Source of the DNA: an uncultured Actinomycetes bacterium | Lineage (GTDB): Bacteria; Actinomycetota; Coriobacteriia; Anaerosomatales; CAMTYE01 | DNA: 64,000 bases | Assembly: GCA_947085935.1 (NCBI GenBank) | Contig: CAMTYE010000009.1 | Location: 72,021 to 136,020, forward strand | Direction of reading: 5' to 3' | Shown: one piece after another, positions 1-9,238 of the stretch | Layout: each line of letters begins with the position of its first letter | How positions within the stretch are numbered: the stretch's first letter is position 1 | The notes under the pieces: model-generated | Told to the model about the DNA's origin: nothing | The model's input: only the letters and a program-made list of their open reading frames with translations | Database searches by the model: none | Position numbers and translations under genes: made by a program

Positions 1-1
1 G

Positions 2-451
2 ATCGGCGAGATACGCGACCTCGAAACGGTCTCGGCCGCTTTGACTGCCGCCGAGACAGGGCACCTGGTCTTTGCGACACTGCATACTCAGGACGCCCCC
101 CAGACGATCGACCGGATCATCGACGTGTTCCCACCGCATCAACAGACACAGGTACGCGTGCAGTTGGCCAGCGCATTGCAGGGAGTGGTGAGTCAGCAGC
201 TTCTTCCCACGGCGGATGGGTGCGGTCGCGCCGTCGCGGCAGAGGTCCTGATTCCGACACCCGCGGTCCGCAACCTGATACGCGAGGGCAAGACACACCA
301 GCTGCCCACGGCGATGCAGACAGGCGTTCATCGTGGAATGGTAACGATGGACCGTTCACTGGCCGATATGTATAGACGGGGCGTGATCAGCCTCGAGGCC
401 GCGCTGCAAAGAGCGGTCGACCCAGATGATCTGAAGTCCCTGCTCAAGTAG
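2..451 (+). CDS. pilT: Type IV pilus retraction ATPase, PilT family, C-terminal part (5' end is off the window)
   Basis: Frame is open from the window edge. Contains AAETGHLVFATLHT, IDRIIDVFP and NLIREGK motifs typical of PilT/PilU. Directly followed by pilC. Confidence 0.85.
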   Translation: MGEIRDLETVSAALTAAETGHLVFATLHTQDAPQTIDRIIDVFPPHQQTQVRVQLASALQGVVSQQLLPTADGCGRAVAAEVLIPTPAVRNLIREGKTHQLPTAMQTGVHRGMVTMDRSLADMYRRGVISLEAALQRAVDPDDLKSLLK

Positions 452-478
452 GCGAAGACGTAGAAGGAGCAGTCAGTC

Positions 479-1690
479 ATGGCCACGTTCAACTACTCGG
501 TCCGCGACAAGGCGGGCAAGATCGTGAAGGGCTCACTCGAGGGTGACAGCCGGGAGGCCGTGGGGGCCAAGCTGCGTCAGATGGGCTACATCATTCTCGA
601 ACTCGATCAGGCAGGCGGCCTTGCGGCGCTGAGCCAGATCAAGTTCGGAACCGGGGTGAAGCCGAGGGACATCACGATCTTCTCGCGTCAGTTCGCGACA
701 ATGATCAACGCCGGGCTCTCGCTCACCAAGTGCCTGTCCATTCTCGCGGCCCAGACCGAGAGCACCGGACTGCGCGACGTCATTCAGCAGGTGGCAAAGG
801 ACGTAGAGGCGGGACAGTCTCTCTCGGACTCGCTCGGGAAGCACCCGCGGGTCTTCCCGCCGATCTTCGTGAACATGATCCGGGCGGGCGAGACCGGCGG
901 TGTCTTGGATGAGGTCCTCGTGCGCTTGGCGGATCACTTCGAGCGCGAGCAGGCTCTTCGTGCCAAGATCAAGTCCGCGATGACCTACCCGGTAGCGATG
1001 GGTGGTCTCGTTCTCATCATCCTCGTGGCGATGATGATGTTCGTGGTCCCGACGTTCGAGAAGATGTTCTCCGACATGGGTGGCGAGTTGCCGGCGATCA
1101 CGCAGCTGCTCGTCGACCTCTCCAACTTCGTTGCCGGATACGGGGGCCTGATCACTGCGGTGGTCGCCACGGGTGCCTATTTCGTGTTCCAGCAGTGGGC
1201 GCGTACCCCTACGGGTATGCTCATCTGGGACACCATCAAGTTGCGGTTGCCGGTCTTCGGCCAGCTCACTCGCAAGCTCGCCCTCGCCAAGTTCACGCGA
1301 ACCTTCGGTACGCTCGTGTCCGCCGGCGTGCCGATCCTCTCGGCGCTCGACATCGTGGCCGACACGGCGGGCAACGAAGTCGTGGCCCAGGCGGTCAAGC
1401 GAGCGCGATCAGCGATCAAGGAAGGCGAGACCATCGCCAAGCCGCTGTCAGAATCGAAGGTCTTCCCCTCGATGCTCGTGCAGATGATATCTGTCGGCGA
1501 AGAGACCGGCGCCCTTGACGCGATGCTCAACAAGATCGCGGACTTCTACGATGAAGAGGTCTCGACGCAGGTCGACGGACTCACGTCCTTGATTGAGCCC
1601 CTCATGATGGCTTCTCTCGGCGTCGTGGTGGGTGGCATGGTCATCGCGCTGTACATGCCGATGTTCCAGGTCATCACGCTGGTGCAGTAA
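479..1690 (+). CDS. pilC: Type IV pilus platform protein PilC (GspF family)
   Basis: 403 aa with a duplicated GspF-type module (FSRQFATMINAGLSL... and FTRTFGTLVSAGVPIL...) and three hydrophobic segments. SD GAAGGAG lies upstream of the ATG. Confidence 0.9.
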   Translation: MATFNYSVRDKAGKIVKGSLEGDSREAVGAKLRQMGYIILELDQAGGLAALSQIKFGTGVKPRDITIFSRQFATMINAGLSLTKCLSILAAQTESTGLRDVIQQVAKDVEAGQSLSDSLGKHPRVFPPIFVNMIRAGETGGVLDEVLVRLADHFEREQALRAKIKSAMTYPVAMGGLVLIILVAMMMFVVPTFEKMFSDMGGELPAITQLLVDLSNFVAGYGGLITAVVATGAYFVFQQWARTPTGMLIWDTIKLRLPVFGQLTRKLALAKFTRTFGTLVSAGVPILSALDIVADTAGNEVVAQAVKRARSAIKEGETIAKPLSESKVFPSMLVQMISVGEETGALDAMLNKIADFYDEEVSTQVDGLTSLIEPLMMASLGVVVGGMVIALYMPMFQVITLVQ

Positions 1691-1804
1691 GAACAACGCT
1701 GCAACCGCTTAGAAACTAGCCCTAAAGTCCTCTCGCGTGCCGTCGATACCCGTTATGTAGCGACCCAGAGGGGGTCGCGGGATCGGAAGGAGAGGTGAAC
1801 ATCG

Positions 1805-2146
1805 ATGAAGATGTTCCGCAAAGAAGAGGGCTTCACCCTCGTCGAGCTCATGGTTGTCGTTCTTATTATCGGTATTCTTGTTGCCATCGCCATCCCCGTC
1901 TTCAACGCCGCTCGTGCCAACGCCCAGACCCGTGCGTGCTTCTCCAACGAGCGCACGCTGGAAGGCGCTCTCGAGCAGTGGCGTGCCGATGACCTCGGCG
2001 CAGTCGCTCCGACCGACTGGACGACCCTGACGGGGGCCCTGGTTCCGCGGTTCGTCAAGGAGACCCCGGAGTGTCCCGCCGGTGGCGTGTACAGCTTCGA
2101 CGGCTCCAAGGTCGACTGCACGATCCACGGCAACTTCAGCGACTAG
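1805..2146 (+). CDS. pilA: Type IV (major) pilin with class III signal peptide
   Basis: N-terminus MKMFRKEEG|FTLVELMVVVLIIGILVAIAIPVF: a G/F cleavage site, Glu at +5 and a hydrophobic alpha1 helix. 113 aa. Strong SD GGAAGGAGAGG upstream and a strong hairpin terminator downstream. Confidence 0.85.
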   Translation: MKMFRKEEGFTLVELMVVVLIIGILVAIAIPVFNAARANAQTRACFSNERTLEGALEQWRADDLGAVAPTDWTTLTGALVPRFVKETPECPAGGVYSFDGSKVDCTIHGNFSD

Positions 2147-2170
2147 TCGCTGCTGACAACCGGTTACGGC

Positions 2171-2209
2171 CAGGAGGCCGGCGGACACCCGCCGGCCTCC
2201 TGCTTTCGG
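2171..2209 (+). terminator. Intrinsic terminator/attenuator after the pilin gene
   Basis: Perfect 14-bp stem CAGGAGGCCGGCGG / CCGCCGGCCTCCTG with loop ACAC, followed by CTTTCGG (a short T tract). Confidence 0.6.
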
Positions 2210-2284
2210 CCCGAGCGTCAGTATGCTCCTCGGGTGAGCATGCACTATGCTGAGTGCCTGCGGTTCGTATGAGGAAGGGGTGCG

Positions 2285-3106
2285 GTGGTGCAGGTCCTGT
2301 GGCCCGTAGGCCTCGGTGTTCTCGGACTCGTATTCGGGAGCTTCGCCAATGTCGTGATCTGGCGGTTCCCGCGGGGCGAATCACTGTCCTCTCCGGCGAG
2401 CCACTGCCCCGCGTGCGAGCATCCGGTCCGGCCTTTCGACAACGTCCCCGTGCTGTCGTGGCTTCTCCTCCGGGGTCGATGCCGCGATTGCGGGGTGTCC
2501 ATCTCTCCTCGCTACCCCGCGGTCGAACTCGCGTCGGGAGCTCTGTGGGTCCTCGCCGGAGTCCGCTTCGGCGTCAGCTGGATGACCGCTGTGGCGATCG
2601 TCTTCTTCTATCTGCTGCTCATCTTGTCCTTCATCGACCTCGATACGATGCGGCTGCCCAACCCGATCGTCGCGATCCTCGCCGGTCTCGGGCTGGTGGC
2701 GGTGCTTGTGGGGCAACTGACCGACGTTGCCGTGGCCCCGCTTCTTGCTGTCGGGGGAGTGCTCTCCCAGCCGCTTGCAGCGGCAATCGTCGGCGGCCTG
2801 CTCGCGGGCGGGGTGAGTCTCGGTATCGCTGCGATCTACAGCGGCGTCAGGGGACGCTCGGGGTTCGGGATGGGTGACGTGAAACTGCTCGCGGCGATGG
2901 GGCCGTTTCTCGGCATCTATGCGGTGGGCGTGCTCTTCGTCGGCAGCGTATTCGCTACTGTGTGGGCTGTGGGTTCGTCGCTACGCGGCGGGGGCAGTAT
3001 GAGCATGAAGTTCCCCTTCGGGCCGTTCCTCGCTCTTGGGGCCGTCGCGATGACGCTGATCGGGCCCCAGGTCGTGCGCTGGTATGTGTCGCTCTTCGGG
3101 ATGTGA
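2285..3106 (+). CDS. pilD: Prepilin peptidase / N-methyltransferase (A24 family)
   Basis: Cys-rich motif CPACEHPV...RGRCRDCG, a polytopic membrane body and the catalytic-type motif GMGDVKLLAAMG. Confidence 0.9.
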   Translation: MVQVLWPVGLGVLGLVFGSFANVVIWRFPRGESLSSPASHCPACEHPVRPFDNVPVLSWLLLRGRCRDCGVSISPRYPAVELASGALWVLAGVRFGVSWMTAVAIVFFYLLLILSFIDLDTMRLPNPIVAILAGLGLVAVLVGQLTDVAVAPLLAVGGVLSQPLAAAIVGGLLAGGVSLGIAAIYSGVRGRSGFGMGDVKLLAAMGPFLGIYAVGVLFVGSVFATVWAVGSSLRGGGSMSMKFPFGPFLALGAVAMTLIGPQVVRWYVSLFGM

Positions 3107-3228
3107 CGACACAGCCGACGCGGTGTGACATTCGACACATCGCGGTCAAGTACCGTTGTCGGGATGCCGATATACAAGCAGGAGTATCATCGAGAGTGTG
3201 CGCTGATACAGCGCGGATGAGGTGTCGC

Positions 3229-4713
3229 ATGGACGGAAAGCCAAGGGGCGGCTTTCGATCAGACGAGGGCATGAGTGTCCTCGAGATAGTCGTGGCCGCC
3301 TTCATCATGTTCTTCGTTCTGACCGCCGTGCTCGGCCTCACCTGGGCCACGACACGCATGAGCATCGATGCGAAGCAGCGCAACGTGATGACGAACGTCA
3401 TCAGTTCGCAGATGGAGTATGTGCGGTCGCTCGATTTCGAAAAGGTCCAGCTGGTGGGCACCGGCGAAGGCCTCATTGCGCCGGTCCGCGTCATCCAGGT
3501 CGAAGGCTTCAAGGTGACGATCACAACCGCCGTCTCCGCCGCATCCGGAGGCACCAAGGAGGTCCTGGTCACCCTTACCTCCGAGCGTGCCGGCTATGAG
3601 ACGATCACGACGTCGCAGTTCATGGCGTTGCGCGACAAGGATGCGATAACCAAGATCGTCAAGAACCAAGGCCCCACTGTGGAGTTCACTTCGGCTACTC
3701 CTGCCGAGGACACCGTGGTGTACTCGAACTTCACCTACCCGGCCGGGACCTCGCTGTGGATCGGCGCCAAGGCGACGGCCAACGGTGAGGACGTGAAGAT
3801 CGCGGAGTTCAACTACTACTGCTCGGGGAGCATCCTGCGCGATGGGACGACCGTCAACTCCGCGGTCGCGGCGTGGACGCCGAACGTGCCTGTCGTCGAG
3901 AAGACCTTCCGATGGGATACGAAGCAGGTCAACGATCAGGGCCAGTTGGCGATAGCCGATGGCTGGCAGACGGTGCGCGTAGAGGCTACCGACAGCAAGA
4001 GCGTGAAGTCGTTCAAGGACCGGCGCTTCTACGTGGACAACTACGCTCCGGGCAGCCCGGGGGCCGCAGCCGGGGAAGTCGCCAACGACACGGAGACGCG
4101 TGTCTCCTGGACGCCCGCGATGGACGGAACCGTCGAGACGTGGGGCTACAACATCTGGATCAAGCGGTACGACCTGGCGGGCGCTCTCATTGCTGTCACA
4201 CCGGCAGGGGCTCCGATCCTCACCGATTCGGCAGCCTACGTTCACGTGAGCGGAGTGCCGTTCAGCCGCTACCTCATCGACGTTCAAGCGAGATCGCCGC
4301 GCCTCATGGTGAGTGCGGTCGTGCCCGGAAGCGCCTACGTGACGCGGCCGCGTGCGTCCGGGACGAGCAGGACTGTCTATTCGGGCAAGAACGCGGCTCG
4401 CAAGGCAGATACCACCGTCAGCCTCACCGTCACGACGCCGACTTTCAAGACAACGGCTACACCGGTGTACGACGTGTACCGCGGTCTGACACCTACGTCG
4501 CTCACGCTCTTCAAGGCGAATTCGGGAACGGCGTTCACCGAGGTCATCACCAAGACCGTGGGAAAGAACGGGACGCCGGATCCCTACTACTACCGGTATC
4601 GAGCGACCTTCACCCCGACCGGCGGCTCACAGCAGGTCGTGTTCTCCAACGTCATCGGACCGGTGTCCGTGCTGGATAATGTCCTCGAGTCGATGGCGCA
4701 CGTGCAGTGGTGA
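3229..4713 (+). CDS. Large modular minor pilin (pilin N-terminus plus Ig-like/FN3-like modules)
   Basis: Leader MDGKPRGGFRSDEG|MSVLEIVVAAFIMFFVL has Gly at -1 and Glu at +5. SD GAGGTG lies 4 nt upstream of the ATG at 3229. Beta-rich modules follow, e.g. DGWQTVRVEATDSKS and TRVSWTPAMDG...GYNIWIKRY. The ORF-track start at 2962 overlaps pilD and is rejected. Confidence 0.65.
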   Translation: MDGKPRGGFRSDEGMSVLEIVVAAFIMFFVLTAVLGLTWATTRMSIDAKQRNVMTNVISSQMEYVRSLDFEKVQLVGTGEGLIAPVRVIQVEGFKVTITTAVSAASGGTKEVLVTLTSERAGYETITTSQFMALRDKDAITKIVKNQGPTVEFTSATPAEDTVVYSNFTYPAGTSLWIGAKATANGEDVKIAEFNYYCSGSILRDGTTVNSAVAAWTPNVPVVEKTFRWDTKQVNDQGQLAIADGWQTVRVEATDSKSVKSFKDRRFYVDNYAPGSPGAAAGEVANDTETRVSWTPAMDGTVETWGYNIWIKRYDLAGALIAVTPAGAPILTDSAAYVHVSGVPFSRYLIDVQARSPRLMVSAVVPGSAYVTRPRASGTSRTVYSGKNAARKADTTVSLTVTTPTFKTTATPVYDVYRGLTPTSLTLFKANSGTAFTEVITKTVGKNGTPDPYYYRYRATFTPTGGSQQVVFSNVIGPVSVLDNVLESMAHVQW

Positions 4714-5258
4714 GACGGATGACAGACGACAGGGGCTTCTCGCTGACCGAGCTCATCGTCGTGCTCGTGTTGATGCTGCTCATCCTCGTCATGGCGTTCT
4801 CGGCGATCCGGGTCATCTACGCGTCGCGCGATGTCACTGAACGGCAGGCGATGTTCGCGTCGAAGGTGGGCGGACCGCTCGCCGGTATCGAAGAGGCGGT
4901 TCAGCAGGCACTGACCATCAAGGCGTTCAGCGCGTACTCCGTGTCGGTTGTGACGGATCTCGACAACGATAACAGCCTCGAGTGGCAGGATATCGCCCTC
5001 GATACGAACGGCGTGCTCACGCAGAAGGTCTACAGGACCGACTCCGCCGGGAACAAGACCACGCTGCGGACGTCGATCACCTGGTCCCGCGAGTCGGCGA
5101 ATCGGGCTCAGGCGCAGCCGCTGTTCCGGCTCTTCGACGCAACGGGAGCTCCGATAGCCGTGACAACGGGTGCCAAGGAGATCGAGATGACGATCGTCGT
5201 GCAGAGCGGCGACAAGAGCTTCAAGGGCGCACGTCGCGTCACGTTTCGGAACCTGTGA
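4707..5258 (+). CDS. Minor pilin / pseudopilin with class III signal peptide
   Basis: N-terminus MVRRMTDDRG|FSLTELIVVLVLMLLILVMAF (G/F site, Glu +5). Start is ambiguous (GTG 4707/4710 or ATG 4719). Overlaps the stop codon of the preceding gene. Confidence 0.7.
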   Translation: MVRRMTDDRGFSLTELIVVLVLMLLILVMAFSAIRVIYASRDVTERQAMFASKVGGPLAGIEEAVQQALTIKAFSAYSVSVVTDLDNDNSLEWQDIALDTNGVLTQKVYRTDSAGNKTTLRTSITWSRESANRAQAQPLFRLFDATGAPIAVTTGAKEIEMTIVVQSGDKSFKGARRVTFRNL

Positions 5259-5272
5259 CTGGAAGGTCTGAT

Positions 5273-6724
5273 GTGGTGATGTTCGCGCGACTGAGAGATG
5301 ACGAAGGATTCGCGATGGCTATCGCGATGGGCGCGATCGCGCTCATCACGATCGTCGCGATTGGCGCGTTCGTGCTCGCGCGTCAGGTGCTCGGAGAAAG
5401 CACGAACATACAGGCCGAGGAACGGGCCTTCCAGGTCGCCCAATCGGGTCTCGACCGGGAGCTGTCCGGTTTCAACCCGTCGGTTCTGCAGAACGGTCAG
5501 TACACGAAGACGGGCTCCACGCCCGACGGTACGTATGTCGTTACGGCTCGCCCCCAGGGGTCTTCCGCGTACGAGTACCTGATGACCTCGTCCGCGGTCT
5601 CGGGCGATGCGACGGAGTCCGTCACCATGCGGTTCTTCTACCTGAACCTCTGGGACATGAACATCGGTGCCGGCGAGAACGCCTCGCTCGGCGGCGGGCG
5701 TGGCTGGAACGGCAACGCAAGTATCACCGGGCCGCTGTACCTGCGTGGCGACATGGAGTGGACGTCGAACGGTGCCTACGAGAAGGGCCCACTCTTCATC
5801 AGGGACGGCGCATTAAACATCACGGGTAGCGGCGAGCTTGGCAAAGCTCAGCCCATCAGGCTGTACGCCACGAAGCCCACTACAGGAAAGCTCGGGAGTC
5901 TGTACCTGTCGGCTCCTCAGTCCTACTCGGTGCCCGACATCGAGCTGCCGTGGGTCGATGATAAGTACCTCGACGCCGCACTGGCACTGGCGAAGAAGGA
6001 AAGCACCGACAACCTGATGGGCGCGAACTCCTCGAGCTCGATCGCGAACATCGAGACCGACAACAGCAAGAGCGCGGCGAGCTACACGACGGTCGTCCCG
6101 GGGCGCGTTCGTCCTGTTACGAGCCCTGCGTCGAGTGCCTCCGAGTACAAGTATCTCGGTGGCTTGACGAGAGCGGGACTCGGTCTCGGCACCCGCAGTC
6201 TGACCGTCGGCGCGACCTCGTTCGGGGAATGGGACCGTATGGGGAGTGTCTACGCGGGCACCGGCAAGCACGACGATTTCGCGTTCGACGCGTCCACGGG
6301 GACGCTGTACGTAGCCGGCACCGTCTTCGTGGACGGTCCTGTTAGTTTCACGAGCAACGTGAAGCGTTATGTGGGCAACGGGACGCTGGTCGCCAACGGC
6401 AATGTGACGCTGCAGCCCGGCGCCAAGCTCGTGCCCAAAGACGGGTTCTCACAGGCACAGGCGCTCGGGATCGTGTCTCCCGGCAACGTGACGATCGGCG
6501 GGAACCAGGACGCGTTCTACACCGGTGCGATCTTCTGCAACGGTCAGGTGGGGCTTTATGGCACGGCAACGGAGGTGCGTGGTTCGTTGCTGTGCGGGAA
6601 TATCTACGGAGACAAACCGAACATCACATTGGTGACGGACCCCCTCCTGCCGTCCGTGTTGCCGGAGAGCATGCCTGCCGCGGGTGGCGGCCTCGTCTTC
6701 TCGGGAGTATGGACACGAAGGTAG
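5273..6724 (+). CDS. Large PilX-N-like pilus-associated protein (possible tip or adhesin component)
   Basis: N-terminus VVMFARLRDDEG|FAMAIAMGAIALITIVAIGAFVLA is pilin-like but lacks Glu at +5. SD GGAAGG lies 6 nt before the GTG at 5273. The C-terminal part has repetitive G/N/T-rich beta-strand-like segments (GNGTLVANGNVTLQPG..., PGNVTIGGNQ...). Confidence 0.6.
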   Translation: MVMFARLRDDEGFAMAIAMGAIALITIVAIGAFVLARQVLGESTNIQAEERAFQVAQSGLDRELSGFNPSVLQNGQYTKTGSTPDGTYVVTARPQGSSAYEYLMTSSAVSGDATESVTMRFFYLNLWDMNIGAGENASLGGGRGWNGNASITGPLYLRGDMEWTSNGAYEKGPLFIRDGALNITGSGELGKAQPIRLYATKPTTGKLGSLYLSAPQSYSVPDIELPWVDDKYLDAALALAKKESTDNLMGANSSSSIANIETDNSKSAASYTTVVPGRVRPVTSPASSASEYKYLGGLTRAGLGLGTRSLTVGATSFGEWDRMGSVYAGTGKHDDFAFDASTGTLYVAGTVFVDGPVSFTSNVKRYVGNGTLVANGNVTLQPGAKLVPKDGFSQAQALGIVSPGNVTIGGNQDAFYTGAIFCNGQVGLYGTATEVRGSLLCGNIYGDKPNITLVTDPLLPSVLPESMPAAGGGLVFSGVWTRR

Positions 6725-6739
6725 CGAAACGGGCGGGTC

Positions 6740-6769
6740 TTGCCCTTGTGCCGACGTAAACGATAGAAT
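6740..6769 (+). promoter_or_regulatory. Candidate sigma-A-type promoter for pilMNO
   Basis: TTGCCC (6740-6745), 18-nt spacer, TAGAAT (6764-6769), in the 117-nt gap upstream of pilM. Confidence 0.4.
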
Positions 6770-6841
6770 CGCCGTCAGGGAGTACGTCCGCAACACCAGT
6801 CGAAGTTCGGTCGCAGCACATGTAGCAGAAGGGGGACTCCT

Positions 6842-7954
6842 GTGGGCATCTTCTCCCTCGGCGCCCAGCCAATGCCCATCGGCCTCGATATCGGGACCGA
6901 CCATATTCGCGCGGTCCAGCTCAAGCCGGGGGCTTCGGGCTATTCTCTCGTTGGCTACGGCAGCGTGAACATCCCCATGGGCTCGGTGGTCGAAGGCGAG
7001 ATCGTCGACATCGAGGCGGTCTCCTCGGCGATCCGTGAACTCTGGAGACGTTCCGGGCTGCATGGCAAGGACGTCGCCATCGGGGTGTCCAACCAGAAGG
7101 TCGTCGTGCGCCTCATCGACCTCCCGTTCATGGAGCGCACCGAACTCGAAGGCGCCATCCAGTATCAGGCGCAGGACTACATCCCGATCCCGGTCGAGGA
7201 CGCGATCCTCGATTTCCAGATCATCGGCGACTACATGACACCGGCCGATGAGCACATGATGGAAGTGCTTCTCGTCGCCGGCCAGCGCGACATGATCGCC
7301 GGTGCGGTAGCGGCAGTCGAGGGGGCCGGGCTCAGACTCAGCATGATCGACGTGACATCGTTTGCGATAGTCCGCTCACTTCTCGGTGCCGTCGATGCCG
7401 TTCTGCCAGGCGAAGAGGATGCCGGCGACGCGGTGGGTGTCATCCACATGTCCTCGGGCATCACGAACATCGCGGTCGTCGAGAAGGGCGTGCCGCGCTT
7501 CACGCGTGTCTCGTCGATTGCCGGCAACCAGTTCACCCAGGCGATTGCGAACGTGCTCAATCTCACGTTCGATGAGGCCGAGGAGCTCAAGATCCGCGCC
7601 GGTCTTCCCGATATCGAAGGCGGCGAGCCCCCATCGCAGGATCCGCAGATCCAAGCTGCGCGCGACGCGCTTGAACGCGAGGTCAACAAGTTCATCGCCG
7701 AGATACGGCGTTCGCTGGACTACTACCTCACCCAGGCGACCCAGATCCGCACGATCCGCAAGATCTACATGACGGGGAGCGGGGCGCAGTTGCTCCACCT
7801 GACCGGCTACCTCGAAAAGGGACTCCAGGCGAGTGTCGTGCTTGCCGATCCGCTGCAGTTCGTACAGGTCGCGGGTTCGCTCGAACCGGCGATCGTCGCG
7901 GACCGCATGGGCATCGCGCCCGCGATCGGGCTCGCGATGGGTGGTGTCTCGTAG
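6842..7954 (+). CDS. pilM: Type IV pilus assembly protein PilM (actin-like ATPase fold)
   Basis: GLDIGTDHIRAVQLK N-terminus, 370 aa, GTG start preceded by AGGGGGA. Directly followed by pilN. Confidence 0.9.
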   Translation: MGIFSLGAQPMPIGLDIGTDHIRAVQLKPGASGYSLVGYGSVNIPMGSVVEGEIVDIEAVSSAIRELWRRSGLHGKDVAIGVSNQKVVVRLIDLPFMERTELEGAIQYQAQDYIPIPVEDAILDFQIIGDYMTPADEHMMEVLLVAGQRDMIAGAVAAVEGAGLRLSMIDVTSFAIVRSLLGAVDAVLPGEEDAGDAVGVIHMSSGITNIAVVEKGVPRFTRVSSIAGNQFTQAIANVLNLTFDEAEELKIRAGLPDIEGGEPPSQDPQIQAARDALEREVNKFIAEIRRSLDYYLTQATQIRTIRKIYMTGSGAQLLHLTGYLEKGLQASVVLADPLQFVQVAGSLEPAIVADRMGIAPAIGLAMGGVS

Positions 7955-8587
7955 ATGATCCGCATCAACCTCCTCCCTCCCGAGATACTCGAGAAGCGAC
8001 GGTTCGAGCACCAGATCGTCTACGTCCTGCTCGTGGGCGCCGTGTTCATACTGGCTGTTGGAATCGCGTATACGTGGTTCGCGTGGCAGGGGAGCGAGCG
8101 CAACCGAGAGCTGCAGTCGAACCTCGCGCTCGAGAGCTCGTACCAGAAGCAGGCCGAGGCGTTCAAGATATTCGAGGACAAGGAGCAGTCCCTCCAGAGG
8201 CGCGCTGAGATCGCCGAGCGGGCTCTCGACGGGCGCGCCGACTGGGGTCGAATCGCCAACGAGTTGTCTCTCGTCCTTCCGCCGGATGTATGGCTCGAGC
8301 GGATCGAGGCCGAGGAGTACACGCTCAAGCTCGAGGGTCGCGCGCTGGACAATGAGGTGGACATCCCGGATGTCGGGCACAAGGCGGTCGCCAAGACCCT
8401 CGTGCGTCTCGGCGATCTGGAGTTGCTTTCCAACGTATGGCTCACGTCTTCAAAGAAGGGGAGCGCCACGGCGGAGACAAAGCTCAGACCGTTCATCGTA
8501 TGGGGCATACAGTCCGATGTGAACGCCCCGAGGACCTTACAGCAAGACACCGGCGTTCCTGCCCCGCCTACCGGAACCGGCCAGTGA
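7955..8587 (+). CDS. pilN: Type IV pilus assembly protein PilN
   Basis: MIRINLLPPEILEKRR N-terminal signature followed by one TM helix. The ATG abuts the pilM stop codon. Confidence 0.85.
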   Translation: MIRINLLPPEILEKRRFEHQIVYVLLVGAVFILAVGIAYTWFAWQGSERNRELQSNLALESSYQKQAEAFKIFEDKEQSLQRRAEIAERALDGRADWGRIANELSLVLPPDVWLERIEAEEYTLKLEGRALDNEVDIPDVGHKAVAKTLVRLGDLELLSNVWLTSSKKGSATAETKLRPFIVWGIQSDVNAPRTLQQDTGVPAPPTGTGQ

Positions 8588-8608
8588 CGATGATAAGGCA
8601 GACATGAG

Positions 8609-9226
8609 ATGAAGCTATCATCGCAGCAGAAACTCATCGCGACAGCGTTGGGTATCGCAGTAATCGTCGTCCTAGGTGTCTTCCTGTTGGTGCTTCCTCA
8701 GGCCACGAAGCTCGGCGACCTCGACAAGCAGATCAGACAGGCCGAACAGGATGTCGAATCGGCGAGGGCGCTGCTTGAGCAGCGCCAAGACATCAAGGCG
8801 CACTCAGCAGAGACCGAGGCCCGCCTCCTCAAGCTCGCGAACGAGATTCCTGAGTCACCCGAGTTGCCGTCCTTCATCATCGAGTTGCAGGACGTCGTCA
8901 ACGAGTCCGGACTCGAGTTCGCCGAGTTGACCCCGAACACCCCGGTTTCCGATCCCGCCGGCTTCGAGGCCGGAAGTATGGAACTCGTGGTACAGGGCAG
9001 ATGGCCGGACACGGTCGACCTGCTTCAGCGTCTGAGGAGACTCACGAGGCAGATTCGGATCCTGGGCTTCAAGACCGAACCGTACGTGGAAGAAGGCGCC
9101 GCAACACAATCAGTCGCGCTGCCCGTCGACCTGGAGACGTACGTCAGGACGACGCTTACGCTCCAGATCTACACGATGCCTGCGACCGAGAGCACCGTGA
9201 CCGTACCAGCGGCCCCGGCGCAGTAG
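8609..9226 (+). CDS. pilO: Type IV pilus assembly protein PilO
   Basis: N-terminal TM helix, then a coiled-coil segment (LDKQIRQAEQDVESARALLEQRQD) and an alpha/beta C-terminal domain. Position after pilN. Confidence 0.8.
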   Translation: MKLSSQQKLIATALGIAVIVVLGVFLLVLPQATKLGDLDKQIRQAEQDVESARALLEQRQDIKAHSAETEARLLKLANEIPESPELPSFIIELQDVVNESGLEFAELTPNTPVSDPAGFEAGSMELVVQGRWPDTVDLLQRLRRLTRQIRILGFKTEPYVEEGAATQSVALPVDLETYVRTTLTLQIYTMPATESTVTVPAAPAQ

Positions 9227-9238
9227 AGGGAGTATCAC

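Noticed and set aside
2962-3228. N-terminal extension of the modular pilin ORF as listed in the ORF track (583 aa).
   Set aside because: The extension overlaps the 3' end of pilD and the intergenic region. An SD plus ATG at 3229 gives a proper class III signal peptide. Similar over-extended track starts were trimmed for the ORFs at 4982, 12678, 13076, 18107, 19368, 22052, 29177, 31219, 36477, 37722, 39932, 45645, 53072, 54715 and 61399.
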